Part shown: piece after piece, positions 25,801 to 36,800 of the stretch
Numbering within the stretch: the first letter of the stretch is position 1
Layout: the number at the start of each line of letters is the position of its first letter
Translations under genes and position numbers: made by a program
The notes under the pieces: generated by a model
What the model was told of the DNA's origin: nothing
What the model saw: the letters and a program-made list of their open reading frames with translations, nothing else
The model's database searches: none
Origin: Nageia nagi
Lineage: Eukaryota > Plantae > Pinophyta
Direction of reading: 5' to 3'
DNA length: 64,000 nt
NCBI GenBank assembly: GCA_050084985.1
Contig: JBITNC010000001.1
Location: 19,530,001-19,594,000 of the forward strand

Positions 25801-28638
25801 TTGAGCGCTTGAAAGTCTATGCACAACCGCCAAGATCCATCTTTTTTTCGAACTAATATGATAGGCAAAGAGTAAGGACTAACACTTGGTCTGATAATCC
25901 CTGCTTCCAACATCTCCTACACCAGTTTTTCAATTTCATCTTTCTGCAAACATGGAAAGTAGTAGGATCGAATGTTAGGTGGTTGACTATCGGGAACTAG
26001 TTGTATAGAGTGCTCTTGAGGGCGGTTGGGGGGGAACCTTTTTGGTTCTTCAAAAACCTTCTTATGACATGTCAAAAGTTGTTGCAGCTTTGCTAATGCA
26101 CCTCCCTCCTATGCAATTGTTTGTATTGCAAATAGTTGTCCTACCATTCCCTTTTGTCTTTTTCAAATAAGCTTCTCCATCTGATGAGAACTTATAATTA
26201 GTGATGGACTAGCATGTAGTCATTGAGTTGATATGTATGCCTTGCAATAGTAAGTTTCATCCATGGTTCAAGAAAGTCCCAAAGTATAGGTCCCAATGTT
26301 CGCAACCATTGAACTCCTAGGATCGCATCACACCCTTCCAATGGAAGTACATCCATGTCACTTTGTATGTGATAATCACCCATGTTGAGCTTAACATTGC
26401 GACATTTCTCCTTACAAGAAATTCTACCTCCATTACTAATCATTACTTGAAATTTATTTTGAGGATATATAAAACAATTAGCTTATTTGGCCACACCAGG
26501 ATCAATGAAATTATGTGTACTTCCTGGGTCAAGTAAAATGATGAAAGATTGCTTTTTGAAATATCTACGAATCTTCATTATTTGGGGTGTCATAAGTCCT
26601 ACAAAAGCATTGCAAGAAATTACAGTAACTTTTTCAATTATTTCAGGCTCATTAGCTTCTTCCTCAACAACAAACTCATCCTCTAATTCATCAAAAACAT
26701 CAGCATTAAACAAATACAACCTCTGTGTAGTACACTAATGGCCATGTGCATACTTTACATCACAATTATAGCAAAGGTCCTTCGCTTTGCACTCATTCAT
26801 TTCCTCTTGACTAAGTCACTTAATTTAAAATGAACAAGTAGGTTTAGCAACAACTTCAGAACCTTGAGATTTGTTGAATGGTTGCTTCCCTTATCGGCGT
26901 TGGGCATTAGATTTATCTTGTACCAATTTGGCCAACCCAATAACTTGTATCATAGTGTTAGGATTAGACATTTTGACTTCTACTCCAATATCTTCCTTCA
27001 ACCCACTAATGAAGCAACTCTTGAAAAAAGATTCATCTAATCCTTCTGTGTGATTTGCAAGCTTTTCAAATTGTGTGGGATATTCCTTCATTGTTGATGT
27101 TTGTCGAAGTTTTGTAAGAGCTCTTGTGAAATCTTCAAGATCACTTGGGCCAAACCTCACCAACAAAGATTTTATAAAATTCTCCCAATAAGGAGTCCCA
27201 TTACTTTTTCAAACCACTAGTACTGTTGAATAGCATCATGATTCAAATGGAAAGAAGCAACATTGACCTTCTGAACATCAGGAATTTGATTTAGTGTAAA
27301 GTATTGTTCTATTCTATAAATCCAGCTAGTTGGATCCTCTCCATCAAATTCAGGGAAATCCAGCTTAGTTTTCTTCGGAATGATGAAGGCTTGGGGGCCT
27401 CCCATATGCACCTATTGTGCCTGCAATTGAGTATTATGCCTTCAAGATTGTTGAAAACTTGTACCTTGTGTAGTTTGGGACAAGGTTGGTTGTTGCATAG
27501 ATGATTATTGCAGAACTATATGAGTTGTTTTCTATACTTACAATAGATTCGAGTTCATAGAATCATGGTTAGTGTCCAATCCAATAAGCTTCTCTGTCAA
27601 TTTAGTGAATTTGCCATTTATCTCTTGAAAAGTAGATTTTATGTCAACTCCACTAAGGTGAGCCCGAATCTGTTTAACCTCATTATCTAATTTTTCCAAA
27701 GTGGGGTTTTGAGATCTTCCCTCCATTTGAAATATCAGCTAGGTCCTAACTTGATATTTTTAGTAACTGCTATTTTTGGAACCTGAAAAAATATATGGGT
27801 GTTATATATCAAAATGATTAGCTCGGAAAAAATATCAAAAATGGACTAGGTCTCAATTTGGTGATTTTCGGAATTTTATACTTTAAAAAAAAAAAATTAC
27901 CTTTGGTAACAAACAAGCATTCTCAGAATTTGCTAATTCCTCACAGTTTGGAAGATATTCACTTTGGAAGTTTTTGTTTATTTTGGAATTGCTATTTCAA
28001 ACGATAAGTTTGAGGGTTTCAAGAGATTCTGAAAAACAAAATGGACAAAGTTTCGGCTGAAAAAATAGTAATTTCTAGGGCTCCACTTCGATGCAACCTT
28101 GCAATCTGTAAAAAAGTTGGGCAGAGTTTCAACTACAAAATGAAAAAAAATTGATTTATCACTCAATGCGATCACATAGAAATGCCTACAGGTATCCAAA
28201 ATCGAGGCACGGATACCACTTATTAGGAACCTAGCAGTTGCAAACGAGGTTTTACCCCAAAACACCACAACAATACTGAAATGTGAAATACACGAAATGG
28301 TAGAACGTCCACTGATTTGTACAACAACAGAATAATGAAAATAATTCGAATTGACAAGATAACAAAATATAACACTTTACTAATAACAATACGTATTGCG
28401 GACCGCCTTGAGGGGCTTCCTCCTTACAACTCAAAAAACAAAATATTCTCCAAGATGCTCTCTTTACCCCTCTTACAAGTATTTATAGTCCTCCTACTCT
28501 AATTGATAGTTTTCATTCAAAATGGTGGTTCGCCTTACAAAATATGATGGTTCACATTACAAGCCAATGCAAGAAAATAATAAAATTAACTAAAACATAA
28601 ATAAGCCTAAGTAAATGTTAGGATATGAGATCCTAACA
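22828..28638 (-). mobile_element. Ty3/gypsy chromovirus E (compact, Reina-like), full-length but degenerate
   Basis: 5' LTR 28221-28638, 3' LTR 22828-23258; PBS TGGTATCCGTGCC below 28218; PPT GAGAGGGATGGCA adjacent to 23259; flanks AAACT/AAACC; 5.8 kb total. Confidence 0.95.
23270..27726 (-). pseudogene. Gypsy E gag-PR-RT-RH-INT-chromodomain polyprotein (disrupted)
   Basis: LDFPEFDGEDP gag, LLDPGSTHNFI protease, [11 protein letters not shown] / [30 protein letters not shown] / IVSDRDPTFTSKFW integrase, chromodomain-like tail. Confidence 0.95.
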
Positions 28639-30839
28639 AAACCGAACAGCTAAGAAAGCTACCAATATTGAAAATGAATTTGATGCTTTGTATGAGGCAT
28701 TGAAAGAGGGTTTTGACTCTGAAATGCATAGATATTATCATAGAAGCATCAAATGTAAGAATGCAATCTTATATCTTTCTACAGTAGCAAAAGATAAAAT
28801 ATAAATAATTTCAAAATGAATCACTTGAAGTAATGTTGGCTACCAATTTTCTAGCTTGCTAGTATTATCAAATCATTCACTTTAGTAAATTGAATACATA
28901 TTTGTTAATTGGTTTTAGATTCCAATATAAAAAACGTTTTTTACCATTACCAAAAAAAAGCTAACCACCAAGGAGAGACAAAGAAAAATGGCTTCTAGCA
29001 TGCTCTCCTATAGCTCTTTTTCAGATTATTTCTTAGATCTCATTTATATTTAAATTATTTAAAGATAGACACAAAAAACTTGTGCGCTATATTCTCAGTT
29101 AATTATTAGATGAAAGATGGTAAAAGATCTGACCAGTCGTTCAGACAATTTAAGCTTCCAAACCCCTCCAAGATGAGATACATAATATTGTACAAGCCCA
29201 CCATCCCATAGATCATGCAGGTCTTCCCCAAGATGTTAATATAATTTTTTATTTATTTGTCAAAACCTCTCAACAATTTGATGTTAAAAAAAATAGCGAA
29301 GTAGGAATTAGGAATGCTTTTACATTTTCCTTGTAGACCTTTCTTTAGAAAATGGTTTGAAATTGAGATGGAAGAAAATCAGGAGGATAGAGAAAAGTAG
29401 GAAGGAGGATTTTAGAAAGTGTCATTGTCTTGAGGGAAGGAGAATAGTTGTAAAGTCGATCCTAGAGATAACCCTGTCGAAGTCATAAGCAAGGAAAATA
29501 TTCAAAATAGTGATGTACTACTACTTTTTACTCCTTTGGAAGACGTATTTCATGATAGATAAATTATAGGCTCTCTATTAAGATGATATACGAGGTTGAA
29601 TATGTTTGTCATTTGGTTTCAAAATGGAATAGAGAAATATATATTTTTATTTTCTTAAATCTCATGCACGACTGAAAAATCAAAACATGGATATGTAGTT
29701 CAAGAATGTTAAAAAAATATTATTCTATGGTACCATGCAATTCTAAGTTTAATATGAATCTTTCTATGCTGTATTTATTGACCTTCATATCAACCGAACG
29801 CTCGATAGAGGTTATAAACTAAACATTTATCATTTTAGCATATTACTATCGAGAACTTGTGTACATCCAAGACTAATGTTCTACAGGGTGATACTGGCGC
29901 CCACATGGTGAAAACGAGGTAACATTGAGATAAAATGCCAAACAATACTTTGAATGAGAAACGAAAACCAACATCTCGATGCCAGATGGTGTAAAAGGAT
30001 GGTTATGTATCCTTCGACGAAGACCACAGTTTACTAAAACGAAAAAAAATCTGCGCATCAGGTTAACTTTGTACTAGACGCATATGAATCCTACAACAAA
30101 AATGGCCATTCTTAGGCAAGAATAAGCTTCACTATTTTTCATTTCCCTCAATCACCAACACCCTGCAATAACTATGAAGTGAGAAAATCTTAGTAAGCTC
30201 AAAGCATAATACAAGAACTAATTTAAGTTGGACAAAAGAAATTTTCAGTTCAACGTGATCATTTTCAATATTTTGAATGGCGGGAGAAAAATTAACTGAT
30301 CTCAAAAAACACATTCCATACTTTTGCCCAAACAATCATTTTCATTCAAAAAAAAAAGCTTTTACCAATTTAATTCCATGTTTTCGGAAACAATCACTAC
30401 TCACACAAAATAGATCCCATTCACCTTGGAATTACACTGACAATAGTTTTGTGCTGATCGTCTAGTTTATTTCTTTCAAAATGTGTGACCTCAACAGGAA
30501 ACAATAATAATAATATAGCACTGACCAAAATACAAATTATCTTTTAAACTTCAGAAGTTCCAGGATATTTTCTCATGGATAGAAATGAAAAAATGGTTTG
30601 ACATCATAGAAATTTCAAAGGTGTATACAACACTAAAACTTCCACAACAAATTAGTCTGCATCTCTAAAAGAAAACTAGAAGATGGGTCCCAAATAGAGA
30701 TGTTCAAAACCGCAACAGGAACACAAGCTCCTCTATAGTCCATTAGGATCTCTATAGTATGACAACTTGCCGCAATAGTTATGACAAAGCAGCACTGAAA
30801 GTGTAATTGGTATAGATAAAAAAGGAAACAGTTTTTGAG

Positions 30840-30899
30840 TCAACAAGAACAGAGATCTCGTATGTGGCTGGGGTACATAAAGACTCTGACTCGTCCTCC
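30840..30899 (-). CDS. RPL35A: RPL35A coding exon 4 ([19 protein letters not shown])
   Basis: GGCAG| acceptor; conserved RVRVFMYPS; TGA at 30842-30840. Confidence 0.93.
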   Translation of the reverse strand, partial: GGRVRVFMYPSHIRDLCSC

Positions 30900-33800
30900 C
30901 TGCCATTACCAAATCATCAAGTTACTAAATTTTGCTAACAAGGAAACAAAGAGCATTCTATTCAAACAAGAAAAATAGCTTTTTATACATTTCTTTACAT
31001 ACCATGGACTTTGGTGGTAAGTTTCTCCTGAATTTTGCCCTAACAATGCCACTGTTCCCATGGGGTCTTCTGACTTTGCCCCAAATGCAACTGTAATGGG
31101 TTCCATTCTTCTTGGTTTTAGCCTTGTAGATGTAGGCCATTCTTTTTCCTAGATACCAGCCTACTTCCTCTCGTGTGTTCACACCCTCAATTTGAATGAG
31201 TGAGATACTTGAGTATTGATCTGACTTTGATCTGTCAGATACAACAAAAAAGGAATAAACTTATAGCATTTGTTCAAAATCAACAAAACAATGAAGCTTA
31301 ATCAAAATATTGTCAATAGAACATCTAAAGTAGGATTTTAGTATTATACCGTTTGTACCCAAGGATGGTTCCTCGAACATACAACCTACATATAGAGACA
31401 TTTGACAAGGAAAATGTCAGACTAGTAAATCTGTGCATAAACAACCACAATAATCATAATCATAATCTACAGTGCAAGGCTCAGTACCACACTTACTGCT
31501 AATTAAGTTACATTGCTCTAGACATGTTGAAGTTAGATACGAGTTACTGAAGTCAATAAATAAAAAGAGATGCTTAGCTGTTCCTTTCACCTGCTGCATG
31601 AAGTCCTAAATTATATTCAGACAAAATGGTCTGAGAACTAATATCGAGTCCTGGTAAAACTGTTGCTCGAAAATTTGACTCAAATGTGAATATGTTTCTC
31701 TCACCACCCAGTCAAGCATGATAGTATAGCAGGAGGCCCGATTAAGACTTCTATTGAAAATGAAGTCTTGTGGACGGTGTCAAATGTGGATAAAGGGAAT
31801 AATAGAAGCGAGAATAGATAGAAAGAAAAAGAAACAAGAAGGGGTAATAGAAATGAAAAAAAGCGAGGGATAAAATACCTCACCAAAATGTTGCATTCAC
31901 AACAGTAGGTTCTTTTCTCAACATATCAACATTAAAATTTCAAGCCAATCTAATCTAGGTTACCCAACTAAGCTATTAGAAGCTTTAGCTACTTCTACTA
32001 GTCTAGTTTGAACTTTGAACAAAGTACCATTGAAATCCTGGACAGTTAAACATGCATCAATTCCTAACATTAATGCAACATAATGCTCTAGCAATAGGCT
32101 GAAGCTTAAATTAGGCACATCCACAGCCTCCTCTGGTAAAGAAATTAGAGATAGAGATTCCAGAGGATATTAGTGTAATAATAATGAAAATCGATCATAA
32201 AGAAAATGACCTAGATCAAAGACCACCTCACGGTCATAGGCAACCCATCAAACCCCATGGGCACGTAGCCCTGTCAGCAAGTATTGGAATTGTCATGCTC
32301 ATCAAACATGAAGAAGACAAATGAAACTCACTCTTTTTTAATCCACAAGTGTCCAATTCAAGATTGTAGCTATAATTATAATTGTAGTTAGGGAGAAGCA
32401 CTTGTAACTGAAGGGAAGACAAAACATCATTCCCAAAACTTACAATAGTGTAGAATCAGTTGATTGTTGTAGTGTTTGGGGTAGAGACATTGCTGATGTG
32501 AGTTGTTGTATGTATAGCTTGTCTTGTAACTGTTGTTGTACAATTGAGTAATGAAGCAATCATTTATGCTCCATCCTGAATTAAGTTTTTCATGTATGTT
32601 TATTGAATCTGGCTTAGTTTTGATGTTTCAAACGTTACAAGTGTAAACCTGTTTTGGAACATATTTCTAAAATGCCTGCAATCTGCTTATCATATTGTTA
32701 GGATGCCTGCGATCCACCTGTTACAATCACAGATCATCAGCAATTTATTTACCAAGCATTGTTAAGTTTTTAAGGAATGTTGAGTATTACTTTGGTCCTC
32801 TGTTTTCATTGTTTGGGGGCGAAATCCCTATATTTCACATTTGGTATCAGAGCCTAGCTGGTCTTAGCTTGGAGTGAAAGCCTAGCTGGTCTTAGCTTGG
32901 AGTGAACTTCACTTTGTGACCTTTCTGACCATTGATCATGTTCTATTGAAAGTTCATTGGAGGTACTTTATCTATTGTTTATAGAAGATCATGGCCAAAA
33001 ACAATAACTCTATACATATTGCAGAGTTTAATTTGCAAAATTATTACTACTGGAGCATTAAGATGAGGATATTGATAACAAGAGTAAAAATCTTTGGGAT
33101 ATTGTTGAGCCTGGTGATGATGAGCTAGATTATTAGAATACTATCTCTCATAATGATAAACAAGCAAAGGAGGAGACCAAGAAGAAGAATTCTTTGGCAT
33201 TGTAGTATAGATAGTCAACTCTAGATAAGAACTTGTTCACTCGGATAGCTGATGTTTGGTCAGCAAAGAATGCTTGGAGGGCTCTACAAGAGATTTAACA
33301 GAGCAACAACCAAGGGAAGGTTCTCACCGTTGTGCAAGGTTCTCACCGCTGTGCAAGGTACGAAAGATACGAAAGATTTGGTAGATGATAATAAGATGAG
33401 TGACAGGTTCTCACCGCTGTGCAAGGTTTGAAGCTTTCATCTTTCAGAATTATTAGGAACTTCTACTTAGGTAATCAAGTTGGAGAGGAAACAATTGAGT
33501 CTGGATCACTCCCAAGCAAAAGCACGGGGCAGTAGTCAAGGTGGACAAAGAAGTGAAATGAAACATCTAGTTATCTATGTCCCAGTAGAAGATTCCAATC
33601 AAATATCATAAAAGAAGAGTGATTCAAATACCACAACTTTATGCAAACCATGGAAACGGTCATTCATACATCTAAGAACGATATCCAATCATCTTTTCTT
33701 AAAGTGCTAGACTTTCAAAGAAAATGCTTGTAAATGTATAAGCAACACAACACCACCATCATGTTATTTACATATCCATGATTCCATGAAATGAGAGACT

Positions 33801-36800
33801 ATACTCGATTTAAAAACAAAGTTTCCCAAAATGATAGATCATACATACATTTAGAAACCTCAACTCCAAAGTGCTTTCCGAAAGATTTGCATTCAACTCA
33901 AAAGGAACTCCTTCTAGGAAGCATGTAACTTTTCATACATTGAAGGGTTCTTTCACCTATTCTCTATATTCCGATCTATCCATCTATATCCCTTTTTTTT
34001 CCCTTCCTCCAAAAAAAAAATGACCCAGCTTGGGTACTTATAGCATACGTTTGACAACTTCGTTAAATGAAGCGTCACCCTAATATTAATTCCAGTGTCG
34101 CCCTAAAACAACAAAACAACCCTAATACTACTTGGAAAAACATAAACCATCAACAAAACAAAACTACGACCACACAATACTACTCGAATGTCACATCAGT
34201 ATTAGATCACATCAAGTCTTCGTGTAGTTGTGGGAGCAAAAACTCATTCGTCACAGCGCAAGTTAAAATAACAATTGCCTTAAACTGGAAAAATAAAATA
34301 TGCATTTATCAAACATCCCTCTATGGGACCGGCAACTACACCACGAGCAGCAGTAAAGACTTCCTCAGGAATCCCATGGGACCTGTCATCAAGAAGGCCC
34401 TAGCCTTGGCGAGTCCTACAGCAAGCACTCCTGGCAAGTTGTTATCCTTCCTATTGTGGAAATCTAAGGTGTATTGAGAAGTGCATTCCATATGGAATTT
34501 CCAAACGGCTAAATGTTTCTGATTTTCGATGTGTTCCCGCCCTCAACAGGTTTACATCCTTGGTAAAGATAAGCTCCTAGACAGTATTCTGGACTTCCTG
34601 AATCACGAGCTCAACTCTCCTCGCGCTACCATCTTCATTCATAAACCTGATCGGTTGCACAAACTAGCTCATTTGGAAGGTTAGGGTGAACAACAGATCG
34701 ATCCTGGCCTTGATCAAATTGTCACATTCTCCTGCTGCAAACCTTAGCCAACGCAGGTGGTAGGCAAATTCTTAGCAGCATTATATCATGTCTGCTAGTC
34801 CTGCAAACATTCTTTTCAGATTCTGGATGGTCTGTTTATGGTTCTAAAAATCCTACAGTAACTGGGATATGGCTGCAGTTGTGTTTTCTTCTACCTTTCA
34901 CTCGTCCATGAGGGCAATCAATCGAAGTGAAAGTTCGTTGACCATTCTCATTATGTCATTGACCAAGGTCTCTTTGGTTGTTGTGATGCCAATGTTCAAG
35001 GAGGCCTGTAGCTTAATGTCTTCAAAGGACATTTTTGCAGCTTCTATTTCATTCACCAATTTATTCTTATGAGTCAGCTCTTTTATTGTATTCTCCCTCT
35101 CAATGCCTTTGGTTTACCATTTCATCCACATTATAGTTTATGGCGTGTTTAAGTCTAGCCGCCCAATCTTTTTAACTTTAAATTCTTCATGTGGACCCGC
35201 ACATCTTGAAGGTCTTGCAGATGTTTCTTCAAGTAGCACCTATTTCATCGTATCCTTCTTCACAGACACAAAAGTGTTGAGTTCTTCAATGGGGGATTCT
35301 TCAGAGGCACTTTCCCTCCTCTAGATAGATTCTTCGTCATCACTGCGATAGCTCATCTATAGATCCTTGATATCAATATCAAAATCATATTTCTTCAGGG
35401 GACCAAAACTTGATGCAATATTGGCCAAGGTAGTATCTGTATTAGTGGGAGTAGACTCTCTAGGGATCTCTTCGATTCTCAACTGTTGGTTTTTGACCCC
35501 ATTTGGATTATCTTTGATCCTCAATGGTTTGTGGCTGCCATGTTCTAGTTGCTTCCTTTTCTTTCTTTATTCTTCACTCTCGCCTTTATCTTCTTCATCT
35601 CCTCCGCTACCTCCTGCTGTCGAGGTTTTGCTTAGCTTTGAGGGTTTGTTGGGTGTCGTTTTGGATGCTTCTTTCTTAGGTGATGACCTGCTATTCCTCC
35701 TTGGAGTGGTGGATTTAAAAGAAGCAACATGTTTCTCAGATACTGACACAGTTGGTAAAGTTTCATTGGTTGTCTCGACTTCGGACTCTCCATCAACATC
35801 CACAATCTAGGTGTCCTCTGTGTCAAGCTACAAGTCTGTCATCCTCATATTCCCTTATAATTTCTCCTTCTTCTCCTAAACTAGACTTGGATGAGCTGGA
35901 CGATTCAGAGGATGTCTCAGAATCTGAGGACGAACTGGAATGATGTGGCGAATTAGGCTCTTCAGGTTGATTTGTGGTGGGAGTGCTTTGCTCTTTTGTC
36001 TAGGCCTCTACCTCAATAGGCTCAAGGAACTCAATTTTTGCATGATCTTCTGCAGGTATCAAGAGATTGGGGATAGCCAAGGGATTCTCAGCCCTAACCG
36101 ACATTATAGGTGTTATAGGGACATCCTTCGGGGTGGCATCCTCAAGCTATTGCAATGGAAAATCAGGGTACCCTATCTCAGCCATGATATGGACATCTTT
36201 GGTAATCTCCTCCACAACAGAATGAATTTCTGGTCCAAAACCGTCTAAGGACTCTTGTTGTGGAGGTAGATTTCTCAACTGGGATCATTTGGGGTTTACT
36301 TAAATTATGGATTCTCTGATCAATCCGACCTTCAGCTGCCAACACTTGATGTACCTCCTGAATTTGCTTCTCTTCTCTTTTATTCATGTATCTTTTCTTG
36401 TCTCCTAGAGGCTTGTGCTCATAAATTATTGGGTTTTTGAAAGCTCTTATGTAGAAGACCTGAATTCGCCCTTCAGGATCATAGTGAGAAGCTGCTTGCT
36501 CCTCACGGAAATGATAATAGGACAACTTTGTACTCATTTCTTTGGCCTCCTGCCAAGTTGAACAGGTATCCTTGTGGCATTCTTCTTTTTCCATGTTTTT
36601 TCCGTACAAAAACAGCAATTGTTTGCAGAATTCCATGAGAATCAACCGATTATTGGCATAGCAGGGTAGGAGATACGGCCTAACTTCAAAGCCGTAGACC
36701 CGAATATATGTATGTGAGGGGTCTTCTAATAAATAACTCGCCTATCCTCGGATGGCTTCTATAGCAGAATCTGATATCCTTTTCACCATTTCCCTTACCT

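Noticed and set aside
30858-30860. C-to-U editing of CGA to restore a UGA stop
   Set aside because: Such editing is established for plant organellar transcripts. This is a nuclear gene with spliceosomal introns, and the sequence gives no support.
30958-31002. Tail [14 protein letters not shown] of ORF 30958..31182
   Set aside because: Read-through into intron 3; the conserved C-terminus is in exon 4.
31386-32281. A closer first exon for RPL35A
   Set aside because: No MVKGRQGER-like coding sequence seen here; the only match is at 60413-60444.
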